Source: a virus
Lineage: Duplodnaviria; Caudoviricetes
IMG/VR virus record: IMGVR_UViG_3300020336_000219
Location: 1 to 35,338 of that record
Strand: one strand, 5' to 3'
DNA length: 35,338 nucleotides
The translations under genes and the position numbers were made by a program. The notes under the pieces are model-generated. The model saw nothing but the letters and a program-made list of their open reading frames with translations, did not search any database and had not been told where the DNA came from. Below, in pieces: positions 1-8,226 of the stretch. Positions within the stretch are counted from its first letter, which is position 1; the number at the start of each line of letters is the position of its first letter.

Positions 1-50
1 GAAAATCAAAGACTCACACATCATTATTCAAATCACTTGGGAGGTTGACG

Positions 51-248
51 ATGATTAGATGCCCTCATTGTGGGCATGAAGAATCAAAAGTTGATAGCCA
101 ACCTAAAAGCTCTAATGGGGAGATTAGGCGTTATCGCATTTGTAAAAAGTGCCACAGAACATTTACCACTCTTGAATATTTAGCCATTAACGCTGGCAAA
201 ACAAGAGGTTTAGTTCCTGATATTCCAGTTAAGGGGGGTGATGGGTGA
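51..248 (+). CDS. NrdR-like zinc-ribbon protein (N-terminal DNA-binding domain only, no ATP cone)
   Basis: RCPHCG...SKVDS...IRRYRICKKC..TFTTLE matches the NrdR N-terminal Zn-ribbon pattern; GGAGG at 40-44 favours ATG 51 over TTG 45. Confidence 0.8.
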   Translation: MIRCPHCGHEESKVDSQPKSSNGEIRRYRICKKCHRTFTTLEYLAINAGKTRGLVPDIPVKGGDG

Positions 249-1827
249 ATCCCGCTTTCTTCGTCACGCTCCTTGTGATTCCTGTGACAGCAGCGACGCT
301 CTTGCGATCTACACGGATCACACCTTTTGCTTTAACTGCCAAAAATTCACCAAAACAGAAGAAGGAGAAGAAGTTAAAAAAACTTCCAAACCGCAACCTG
401 TTCGGCCAATGATCGACGTTGATCTAACAGTTCCTTGGGATGCAGATCACTACAGAGGAGTTCCTAAAAAAGTTCTCGATCAATACGGCGTTTACAAATA
501 TGCCGATGGAGTGGCCTTCCATTACAGGGACAAAAAAGGTGTCAACATCGCTCAGAAAATCAGAGAAAATGGAAAAACTAGCTGGAGAGGAGAAGCAAAG
601 AAAGTCTCAGGGTTTGGTTCACATCTCGCAAATCCTAGCCACCACGACGCAATCGCTATTTGCGAAGGAGAAATGGATGCGCCAAGCATCTACTCCTCCA
701 CCAGAGGGACAGTCGTAGGAATTTCCGTTCCGAATGGGGCTCAAAATGCAGGGAATTTCGTCAAGAAACACATTGATTTCTTTAGTGCTTTTAAAACTAT
801 CTATATCGCCACAGATATGGATGAGCCTGGAGAAAATGCAGCCAATGATCTCGTAAGTCTTTTTGAAGCCGGAAGAGTTAGGCGTGTTGTCTTTCCTAAG
901 AAAGATGCCAACGACACTCTGCAAGAACTAGGAAGTCATGCAGTTAATGAAGCCATTAAAGCAGCCAAGGAGCTGCGACCTGATGGGATTAAATCTGCTT
1001 CTACCTATGCAGGTTTAGTTAATAAACCACCAGAAAGAAAAGCTACTAATTGCGCTTTCCCTTACTGGAATGACAAGACTCCTTTTTACGACAATCAACT
1101 CATCGTCTTAATAGCGGGTTCAGGCGTGGGTAAGACAACCTTTGCCAGAAGTTTAGCTATCGGAGATATGGAGCAATCCATAAAAGTGGGGTGGATAGGA
1201 CTAGAAGAAACAGCCGAAGAAGCAGTCTTTCGTTTTGTTGGTCAAGCAGCACAAGTTCAAATCCATGCCAGAGAAAACTATGCGGGTCTTACTGATGAGC
1301 AAATTCAAAACATTGCTCAAGCTGACAAGTTTATTACTGGCTCTGGAAGGCTTGAGCTATTTGATCACTTCGGATCTCTCGATGAAAAAGTCATCCTCCA
1401 GCGGATGAATTACATGGTTAGAAGTCTTGGTTGCCAACACATTTACTTAGATCATTTAACGATTTTAGGAAGTGGGTTAGCTCAAGACACAAGGCAGTTA
1501 GACGCTCTCGTTACAAAGATTAGAAGCTTTATTGCCGCTACTAAATGCACAGTATTCGCTATTAGTCATCTCAATCGCTCTTCTTCTGGAGAGAACTTTG
1601 AGAACGGAGCTGCACCAGAGCTGCACAACATTAGGAACTCACATTCAATTGTCCAACTTGCCGACACGATATGGGCTTTAAACAGATCGAGGGGTTCAAA
1701 CCTCACTCACTCAAAATGCCTGAAAAACCGCATGTTGGGGCGTTGTGGCTATGCAGGCTCTTTCGAGTTCGACGAAAAAACCCAAAAACTAAGACACGTA
1801 TGGCACGACCAGGATTCGCAGTTCTGA
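241..1827 (+). CDS. T7 gp4-like primase/helicase
   Basis: N-terminal CxxC..CxxC Zn finger, TOPRIM motifs (CEGEMDA, DMD), Walker A GSGVGKT, DnaB/gp4 motifs YLDHL, SHLNR, KNR..G. Confidence 0.97.
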   Translation: MGESRFLRHAPCDSCDSSDALAIYTDHTFCFNCQKFTKTEEGEEVKKTSKPQPVRPMIDVDLTVPWDADHYRGVPKKVLDQYGVYKYADGVAFHYRDKKGVNIAQKIRENGKTSWRGEAKKVSGFGSHLANPSHHDAIAICEGEMDAPSIYSSTRGTVVGISVPNGAQNAGNFVKKHIDFFSAFKTIYIATDMDEPGENAANDLVSLFEAGRVRRVVFPKKDANDTLQELGSHAVNEAIKAAKELRPDGIKSASTYAGLVNKPPERKATNCAFPYWNDKTPFYDNQLIVLIAGSGVGKTTFARSLAIGDMEQSIKVGWIGLEETAEEAVFRFVGQAAQVQIHARENYAGLTDEQIQNIAQADKFITGSGRLELFDHFGSLDEKVILQRMNYMVRSLGCQHIYLDHLTILGSGLAQDTRQLDALVTKIRSFIAATKCTVFAISHLNRSSSGENFENGAAPELHNIRNSHSIVQLADTIWALNRSRGSNLTHSKCLKNRMLGRCGYAGSFEFDEKTQKLRHVWHDQDSQF

Positions 1828-2054
1828 CTTGGAAGCAGCTCAACAGAGCCCAAGCAGTATTCATCTTTTTCCGAGCATCACATTGGAAACAAGCAATGGT
1901 TACTGAAATGTACCCAACCTCATGCACCGTTATCTACAAAGAAAATGACAGAGATCACTCAACAAGAATCGTTGACCTCGAAAACATTAGAAGCGTCAGG
2001 GAAGTTGACCCAGAATCAAGAGATTCTAGTCAGAGCCCTGAAGCAGAAAGCTGA
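1800..2054 (+). CDS. hypothetical protein (~84 aa)
   Basis: ORF track 1671..2054; ATG at 1800 overlapping the helicase end is the more plausible start. Confidence 0.55.
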   Translation: MARPGFAVLTWKQLNRAQAVFIFFRASHWKQAMVTEMYPTSCTVIYKENDRDHSTRIVDLENIRSVREVDPESRDSSQSPEAES

Positions 2055-2157
2055 AGAGGCGTACAAAGAGGCACACAAAGAAGGAAACAAAGTTCAAGAG
2101 ATTTGGAACGACGGCTATGTAACAGCTCTCCTTCACGTCTTGGACAATTACGGATGA
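1945..2157 (+). CDS. hypothetical protein
   Basis: ORF whose stop overlaps the next ATG (ATGA 2154-2157); true start may be further downstream (TTG ~2005). Confidence 0.6.
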   Translation: MTEITQQESLTSKTLEASGKLTQNQEILVRALKQKAEEAYKEAHKEGNKVQEIWNDGYVTALLHVLDNYG

Positions 2158-2255
2158 CTTCTGCTGAAAAAATTAAATACGCAGAGGAGCGTATTCGTCA
2201 GTTGCAACTTTTAATTAAACATTGGAAAGAAAATGAAAAAAAAGCTCTTCTATGA
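2154..2255 (+). CDS. small coiled-coil hypothetical protein, 33 aa (MTSAEKIKYAEERIRQLQLLIKHWKENEKKALL)
   Basis: Read manually; ATGA overlap with upstream gene; fills the gap before the exonuclease. Confidence 0.65.
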   Translation: MTSAEKIKYAEERIRQLQLLIKHWKENEKKALL

Positions 2256-3015
2256 CATCGAACCCGACGCTTATCGGGCTATGTCTAGCGCACAATATGA
2301 ATGTGAGTGGAGTCCAGAGATATGGACTTATCAAACAAACCTAGACGAGGCTAAACATGCTGTTACCGCAGAGATCGACCGCATCCAAAAACAATGCCCA
2401 GAGCATGAAATATTCTTGGCCTTGGGTGACTCCAGTAATTTCAGGTATGGTGTCTATTCCAATTACAAATCAAACAGACGTAAATATAGAAAGCCAGCGG
2501 GGTATTCAGTATTACGGCAATGGCTACGTGACACATTTAAAGTCATCACGCTAAAGCTAACTGAAGCCGATGATGTTGTCGGAATTTTGGCTGATGAAGA
2601 GAGTGGAGATGTTATCTACTCAAGGGATAAAGATTTAAAAACTATTCCAGGGAATCACTTAAACGCTGAAGGTAAGGTTGAAAAAATTCAACTGTTTGAT
2701 GCTGATCAAGCTTTTTATCGAACGATTTTAACGGGCGATGCTACTGATGGATTCCCTGGATTAAAGGGCTACGGCCCCGTTGCAGCAAAGAAGTTACTTG
2801 CTGAATGTACTAGCGAATTAGATATGTGGGAGAAGGTAAGAGCTGCTTATTTAAAGGCAGCAGCTAAAGATCCTGATGTACCAGACATACTTTCTCAAGC
2901 TAGGTGTGCAAGGATTTTGAGACAGACTGAATATGACTTTACGGCTGAGAAACCAATCGAATGGCAACCACCAACGTCTATCGAAGGCGTTTTTATTCCT
3001 ACATACCACGACTAA
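2233..3015 (+). CDS. T7 gp6-like 5'-3' exonuclease
   Basis: NFR...YKSNR, EADDVVG, SRDKDLKTIPG, GDATDGFPGLKGYG motifs of the FEN/gp6 family. Confidence 0.95.
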   Translation: MKKKLFYDIEPDAYRAMSSAQYECEWSPEIWTYQTNLDEAKHAVTAEIDRIQKQCPEHEIFLALGDSSNFRYGVYSNYKSNRRKYRKPAGYSVLRQWLRDTFKVITLKLTEADDVVGILADEESGDVIYSRDKDLKTIPGNHLNAEGKVEKIQLFDADQAFYRTILTGDATDGFPGLKGYGPVAAKKLLAECTSELDMWEKVRAAYLKAAAKDPDVPDILSQARCARILRQTEYDFTAEKPIEWQPPTSIEGVFIPTYHD

Positions 3016-3017
3016 CC

Positions 3018-3230
3018 ATGCCAGCAACTAAACGATTCAAAATCAATGATTCTGTAAACAAGAAAAGAACTTCAGGAATGTATACAGAAGTTGGCCCTGC
3101 CGTTGGGAAAATTATAGATATGAGGGTTAAATTCGACAAACGAGATCGTCCAGGCTATTACTTAACAGTTAAATGGACTGACGGGAGAACTTCAGAACAT
3201 GCCCAACACATGCTTGTACCAGCTCCATAA
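3018..3230 (+). CDS. hypothetical protein, possibly SH3/KOW-like
   Basis: ATG 3018 just after the exonuclease stop; F.I.D.V...G.I...Y..V.W.DG pattern. Confidence 0.7.
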   Translation: MPATKRFKINDSVNKKRTSGMYTEVGPAVGKIIDMRVKFDKRDRPGYYLTVKWTDGRTSEHAQHMLVPAP

Positions 3231-3257
3231 AGGGTGCTTATTTCGATATATCATGTT

Positions 3258-3283
3258 TAAAATAATATCAACGACCCTGCAGA
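3258..3283 (+). promoter_or_regulatory. -10 element TAAAAT plus 16-bp box TCAACGACCCTGCAGA
   Basis: -10-like hexamer 3258-3263, 4 nt, then box 3268-3283; same layout at 11239 and 25351. Confidence 0.65.
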
Positions 3284-3291
3284 CTTAGCTT

Positions 3292-3774
3292 ATGGCTGAT
3301 CAGACACCAACAAAACCAGAGGAGAAAAAAGACGAAAAGAAAAATTTAATGCAAAAAATTCAGGAGAAGATACCTGATAGAGACGAACAGTTTGAATATG
3401 TCAGTATTGCCGTGAGGCTTTTGGTAGTTTTTTGGTCGGGTGCGCTCGTAACTTTAAATTATTTACCAAAAATTCCTGGCCTTACGAGTGGAGAGAAACA
3501 GGATATAACTTTCCCTGCGAGTTTGCTAGCGAGTTCGCTCGCAAGTTTCGGACTTGAGAAGAGTGCAAAGAAAAAAGGTGATGGAACATATTCTGTTAAC
3601 TCAGAAGATAAGCCTATGAACAGAAAAGAAATAGAAGCATATTTAAAATCACAAGATGTAATCAGGGTTGACAATAGATTTACTTTGGTTCCACAAGGAA
3701 CAGAAGTTAAACCTATCAAAATTGACCCAATTACAAATAAAGAAATTGGCCCTGACGGGAAACTAAAACTATGA
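3292..3774 (+). CDS. membrane protein (1-2 TM), envelope module gene 1
   Basis: Hydrophobic stretches VSIAVRLLVVFWSGALVTLNYL and ITFPASLLASSLASFGL; charged termini. Confidence 0.85.
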   Translation: MADQTPTKPEEKKDEKKNLMQKIQEKIPDRDEQFEYVSIAVRLLVVFWSGALVTLNYLPKIPGLTSGEKQDITFPASLLASSLASFGLEKSAKKKGDGTYSVNSEDKPMNRKEIEAYLKSQDVIRVDNRFTLVPQGTEVKPIKIDPITNKEIGPDGKLKL

Positions 3775-4247
3775 AACGACTACTAATTCTTTTCCTACTA
3801 GCATCACCAGCTAACGCTGATATTCAGCATACGATTTCTAAATCATCTTCTCTTACTGTGGGAGCCGCAGCGACCCATGCAAAACGTGTTGGCACATCGT
3901 ATTCTATTTCGGGCAGCGGAATTGACACAACGGATGGCACGACTGCTAACACAATTTCAGCAGGGACAGTAACTTCAGGCCTTTATGTTCCAGGTGCAAT
4001 TGCCGTAACTCAAGACGTTCCAGGGGCAGCATTTAGTTTTAGTGCCTCGCTGACTACTGGCGATACTTTGCCTACTAGCGCAGTTACTACAGGAGCCACT
4101 CCTAATTTCTCAGACATTATCACCACGGCCTCAGGCACAGCGGGATCGCTTGGCTCAACTATTACTGATCAAGCTCTCACAATAACTGCGGGAGGGGCAA
4201 ATACTGTTGCACTGGGACAAATAATTAATGAAATCAAAGTGGACTAA
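3771..4247 (+). CDS. secreted beta-rich Thr/Ser/Gly protein, envelope module gene 2
   Basis: Sec signal MKRLLILFLLASPANA|D; ATGA overlap. Confidence 0.85.
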   Translation: MKRLLILFLLASPANADIQHTISKSSSLTVGAAATHAKRVGTSYSISGSGIDTTDGTTANTISAGTVTSGLYVPGAIAVTQDVPGAAFSFSASLTTGDTLPTSAVTTGATPNFSDIITTASGTAGSLGSTITDQALTITAGGANTVALGQIINEIKVD

Positions 4248-4665
4248 GATTGCGCTTCTATTTATTATTTTTGCCCCACAAGTTAGGGCAGAAAAGATAG
4301 TGCCAAATTTTCAGCAGGGAGTTTTAAATAATCACACTGAAACTAAAAGTGTTATAAATCGGGACTTGACTATTTACGAATTCAGGACAGGGTATAGCCT
4401 GACAGTTGGTGGGGTCAACGTCAAACCATCAACAACAAATATTGCACCTTCAGGGTTCGTTAAAACACCAGGAACAGTATCAGGAGTCGCTACTACTTAC
4501 GTTATGCCAGATCTATCAACTAAGCCTCAGTACTCAATAGTTAGTGAAGGTGCATCCTTTAGTTACTATGAAACATTAGAAACACCAGGAATAAAAAGTA
4601 TGACAAAAATAATTGAAGAACAAACCATAGAAAGTATTAGCGACTCGACGAGTACTTTTCAATGA
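4228..4665 (+). CDS. secreted beta-rich protein, envelope module gene 3
   Basis: Signal peptide ending VRA|E; mature part begins IVPNFQQG; Thr/Ser-rich. Confidence 0.85.
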   Translation: MKSKWTKIALLFIIFAPQVRAEKIVPNFQQGVLNNHTETKSVINRDLTIYEFRTGYSLTVGGVNVKPSTTNIAPSGFVKTPGTVSGVATTYVMPDLSTKPQYSIVSEGASFSYYETLETPGIKSMTKIIEEQTIESISDSTSTFQ

Positions 4666-5342
4666 AAAATATATATTTAGCTCTTTTATTTATTACTTTA
4701 CCCGTTAAATCCTTCGCACAAAGTATTAATACTTCGAGTCAATCGACGGGCAGTGTGGTCAACCAAGCCGTGCAAATCGTGCCTTCTCGCCAGTTCCAAT
4801 ATCAACTGGGAGCAAATCAAGTTTGTCAGGGAGCAACATTAAATATATCGCCTTTCCTTAGTCATACCAATAGCTTTGGGTCACCCTATCAACCGTATTA
4901 TTCTAGGCCAATCTATTCTACGAAAGATATAGAGGGTGCTTTTGATGCAGATAACAATCCAATTGGAGATGGCGAACCAGATGAACCCACAAAAATAATT
5001 AGAACAGAGTCAGTAAGAACAGGGATGCAAGAATCGAACACAAGTTTAAACGGCGGCATAACCGCTACATTCAGTATTCCATTATCTTTCAGATACCAGA
5101 AGCTTTGCAAGCTTGGGATGCAAAGACAAGTTGAATTATACGAGGCTTCTTTAGCATCAAAGCGGTTAAATTACGAAATGTCCAGATTAGCGAGTTGTGG
5201 AAAATACATTAAAGAGGGTATTATTTTTACTGGAGAAATGGCAAAGATATGTTCAGATGTGAAAGTAGTTTCGCCTCCTAATGTGAAACATACCCATGCT
5301 ATTTCTTCCGATCTCTCTGTAACTTCCGACGCTCAAAAGTAG
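4662..5342 (+). CDS. secreted protein with four Cys, envelope module gene 4
   Basis: Signal peptide ending SFA|Q; beta segments ending GITATFSIPL, then a helical Cys-containing tail. Confidence 0.85.
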   Translation: MKNIYLALLFITLPVKSFAQSINTSSQSTGSVVNQAVQIVPSRQFQYQLGANQVCQGATLNISPFLSHTNSFGSPYQPYYSRPIYSTKDIEGAFDADNNPIGDGEPDEPTKIIRTESVRTGMQESNTSLNGGITATFSIPLSFRYQKLCKLGMQRQVELYEASLASKRLNYEMSRLASCGKYIKEGIIFTGEMAKICSDVKVVSPPNVKHTHAISSDLSVTSDAQK

Positions 5343-5919
5343 ATAATACTTTTTGTTTTTTACCAATCATTTTTTTAACTTTAGCTATTAATTTTTTAAA
5401 TATTGGCTTAAGAACTTTAGTTAATATGGGCGTGATTGTAGCGGCAGTTGTGGCTACGACTGTGATTCCAAATGTTGTTAATGCAACTGAGGCACTAGGA
5501 AGATACTTATCTGCAATATTAGTTGGCCCCCATATCTCAAGGCACTTATCCCCGACCAGCTCGAACCCGATTACCTTTTCTTTTGCCTTTGCATTTCTTA
5601 TATCCCCCAACCGATACTGTTGATCTTTAGCTGGACATTCAATTTCTATGTCTCCTGTATCAGCTAAACCTGCATCTAAATCTGAATTATTATTCTTGTT
5701 TTTTTGTGGTTTTGTTTCGTCGTCAGGGGGTGTTGGGGTAGGAGGTTTTTTTAAAGTTTGCATTTTTACAGGGTTATATCTCATCGGTTCAAAGAACGGA
5801 AAGATAAAATCAAACCCTGGCTTTTCTACATTTAATTCTCTTGTTATCTGAGGAGTAGTAGGAAGACTATTTATTTTTGGTATCCCAACTTTCTCTACTT
5901 CTATCTTTTCAATCTTCAC
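5299..5919 (-). CDS. C-terminally membrane-anchored protein, envelope module
   Basis: Pro-rich linker, two-Cys domain, TM segment (VALTTFGITVVATTAATI), basic amphipathic tail. Confidence 0.85.
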   Translation of the reverse strand: MKIEKIEVEKVGIPKINSLPTTPQITRELNVEKPGFDFIFPFFEPMRYNPVKMQTLKKPPTPTPPDDETKPQKNKNNNSDLDAGLADTGDIEIECPAKDQQYRLGDIRNAKAKEKVIGFELVGDKCLEIWGPTNIADKYLPSASVALTTFGITVVATTAATITPILTKVLKPIFKKLIAKVKKMIGKKQKVLSTFERRKLQRDRKK

Positions 5920-6435
5920 TTAGCAATCTACGAAGTCGCCACCTATCTCTTTCCCTAATTGGGCCGCCTTTTTGGTGGCTAATGCGCTGGCAATCCAGCC
6001 CACCAGAGGTATTCCAGACAAAGTACTTGCTGCTGGAGTGGCAGTAATTAACGAAGTTCCAACTATCTCTCCCTGAGACTCCGCGCTGCCTTTATTTTTT
6101 ATGCACTGGAGATAGCTGGCTGCTAACTCTGCATCTCCTCCAGGTCGATGGGCAACATATTCTTTTCTTACATAGTCAGTCTTACCATTCCATTTCGTCT
6201 TCTCAGAAGAGAATAAAGTTGTCTTAGGTTGGTGCATATTATGTGTAACTACTACCTCTAAATCACCAGACTCAGAACGGTTGTATCGCAGTTGACTTGC
6301 CGAGTTCTCAGTCGTTTGGAGTCGAGCTAAATCGGGTATGCCGTCTTTATTTGCAGAGGACAACAAAGTTAAAGACATCAAGTTACTAGAAATCAGTCCT
6401 ATTCCTAGTAGTCCAGGTAAAAAATATTCTTTCAT
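5920..6435 (-). CDS. membrane protein with N-terminal anchor and C-terminal Gly-zipper-like hydrophobic hairpin
   Basis: N-terminal hydrophobic segment; CIK..G.....G...G ... SGIPLVGWIA ... G.EIGG...C. Confidence 0.85.
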   Translation of the reverse strand: MKEYFLPGLLGIGLISSNLMSLTLLSSANKDGIPDLARLQTTENSASQLRYNRSESGDLEVVVTHNMHQPKTTLFSSEKTKWNGKTDYVRKEYVAHRPGGDAELAASYLQCIKNKGSAESQGEIVGTSLITATPAASTLSGIPLVGWIASALATKKAAQLGKEIGGDFVDC

Positions 6436-6632
6436 TTAAGTAGTGCTGGCCCCGTGACGTTAGGCATTTTTATTTGATTTTGAATTACATCGACCATTTG
6501 ATCCTGAAGAGTCAAAATCATATTATTCATAAATTCAACTCGTTTCATATACATTATTCCTCCTCCAGTTACAACCATTAAGGACATAACAAATGATGCT
6601 ACTGACATAGCATTACAGATTTTTTGCAGCAT
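6432..6632 (-). CDS. small single-TM protein, envelope module
   Basis: Hydrophobic residues ~5-28 then amphipathic helix and MP..TGP tail; ATGA overlap. Confidence 0.85.
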   Translation of the reverse strand: MLQKICNAMSVASFVMSLMVVTGGGIMYMKRVEFMNNMILTLQDQMVDVIQNQIKMPNVTGPALLK

Positions 6633-6636
6633 TAAT

Positions 6637-6683
6637 TCTACGGCCGTGTAGATATAGCCTAGCTCTTCTTATTAACTATGCAA
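6637..6683 (-). promoter_or_regulatory. promoter TTGCAT-N16-TAGGCT plus 16-bp box TCTACACGGCCGTAGA
   Basis: Box 6637-6652; -10-like 6656-6661 in the 6633-6688 intergenic gap. Confidence 0.65.
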
Positions 6684-6688
6684 ATCAA

Positions 6689-7228
6689 TTACTCAGTAAC
6701 TTCCACCCACTCTTCTTTTGTATTATCCCAGTTATAGTTTTTGCCATCTGTAGGATACTGAACCCATTCACCATTTGAGTTTTTGTATTCATATATCGTT
6801 TGGTCGTCTTCTCCTTTCCCTGGGTAGCTATCAGGTACAACAAATTCACATATACTTTCATCAAAGGCCCAAGGATGATAATTATTCCATTCTGCGTATT
6901 TTGCGTCAATTTTTGCTTGTTTTTCTTCAGCCGTCATGTCTCTGACATGCCATACATCTTTTACTCTGTCTTCATCAGCAAAATATTTATACTCTAATCC
7001 GTTATGAGTAAACGCCATTGAGATGTCTTCTCCTATTAAGGGATCAAAGACTTCATAAGTTTTTAATACTGGTGGTGAAACTCTCTGAAATTTTTTATAG
7101 CCAAGTGGAGGTGAATCACTTGTCCAGTCATGGTCTGGAAAATTTGCTTTTAAATTAGATTCAAAACTTGGATGAATACCGTTGATAGGTGTATTAGAGC
7201 TATCAACTTTGATAAATAAACGATCCAT
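6689..7228 (-). CDS. tail-fibre-associated / assembly-chaperone-like protein
   Basis: Follows fibre genes; TAATG overlap suggests start MDRLFIK at 7228; W.FDE..C...P..YP and Y.WD....W motifs. Confidence 0.65.
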   Translation of the reverse strand: MDRLFIKVDSSNTPINGIHPSFESNLKANFPDHDWTSDSPPLGYKKFQRVSPPVLKTYEVFDPLIGEDISMAFTHNGLEYKYFADEDRVKDVWHVRDMTAEEKQAKIDAKYAEWNNYHPWAFDESICEFVVPDSYPGKGEDDQTIYEYKNSNGEWVQYPTDGKNYNWDNTKEEWVEVTE

Positions 7229-8226
7229 TATTCGATACCTGTTCGAGTGGTAGGCCATTGCCTAACATTGCCTGGATAAAGAATTCGGACAAACCCTTTA
7301 CCGCCCGTTCCACCGCCTGCACTACCGCCACCTGATCCAGCACCGCCACCACCAAAGTCGCCACCATTACCTACCACATTCATTCCACCAGAACCACCTG
7401 ACGCTCCACCTGATCCACCACCACCACCACCACGAACAACATTAGCAGCAGCACCAGCACCACCTCTTCCATATCTACCTATTCCACCACCAGCACCCCC
7501 ACCGTTTTGATAGTTTCCTGATTGCCCATGAGCACCCCCACCCCCACCGCCATAGCCTGACGCTGCGGCAGTCGGATAACTCCAAGTCTGATATGTTGAA
7601 CAGGTTTCACAATCTCTATCGTTATATATTCCACCTTGTCCATTACCTCCTGAACCATGACCACCTCTTCCACCATAGCCAGCAGAACCGCCACCACCGC
7701 CTGAGTGCCAGTTACCACCTTCGCCTCCCGTCCCTTTACTACCAGCATCGCCGTTGACGTGATGAGGTGTTGTAGGTGTTTGACCAGACGTATGGAAATT
7801 CTGTGTATATGTGGTACTACCGTAACCGCCTCCAGTTGTCGTGTCACCCAGCATGCCACCAGAGGCATAACATCGGGCATGAGATCCGTCACTAGCGTCG
7901 TTGTGATTAGCAGCGTTAAACCATGAATGGCCTCCTTGACTATGACTAGATCCCCCTGCTCCACAAACAAGGCTGTAACTTTGACCAGGAACTACAGTGA
8001 AATCATTACGCCAAGCACTTCCACCGCCTGCACCACCTTTGCCATATCTACCCACCTGAGCATAGCCACCACCGCCACCACCGCCACTTAAAACCATTAC
8101 AGAAATAGTTTCAGTGTTAGCAGGAGCCGTCCATGTGTAACTTCCTGGTGTTGTGTATTCGTCTTGTCCAACATCGGCTGGTGGCTTTCCACCAGAACCC
8201 ATTAATATTTGTTGAATACCAGACAT
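7228..8226 (-). CDS. glycine-rich tail fibre / receptor-binding protein
   Basis: YTTPGSYTWTAP...V.V..GGGGGG start, extensive Gly runs, G.VRI.Y end. Confidence 0.8.
   Translation of the reverse strand: MSGIQQILMGSGGKPPADVGQDEYTTPGSYTWTAPANTETISVMVLSGGGGGGGYAQVGRYGKGGAGGGSAWRNDFTVVPGQSYSLVCGAGGSSHSQGGHSWFNAANHNDASDGSHARCYASGGMLGDTTTGGGYGSTTYTQNFHTSGQTPTTPHHVNGDAGSKGTGGEGGNWHSGGGGGSAGYGGRGGHGSGGNGQGGIYNDRDCETCSTYQTWSYPTAAASGYGGGGGGAHGQSGNYQNGGGAGGGIGRYGRGGAGAAANVVRGGGGGGSGGASGGSGGMNVVGNGGDFGGGGAGSGGGSAGGGTGGKGFVRILYPGNVRQWPTTRTGIE

Noticed and set aside
1-58. 3' end of an upstream gene (…KIKDSHIIIQITWEVDDD*), possibly a resolvase
   Set aside because: Too short to assign
1804-1811. CACGACCA as another sRNA target
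   Set aside because: Only 8 nt and inside coding sequence, just after the putative ATG 1800; chance cannot be excluded
3268-3283. 16-bp boxes as canonical NrdR boxes or T7 RNAP promoters
   Set aside because: The GC-rich centre differs from the AT-rich NrdR consensus; the boxes are too degenerate and palindromic for phage RNAP promoters
3771-5342. Curli (csg) operon
   Set aside because: No CsgA-type Gln/Asn repeats and no lipobox or CsgG-like motifs recognised
7300-8090. CCA/CCG low-complexity repeats
   Set aside because: Explained by Gly codons of the Gly-rich fibre protein
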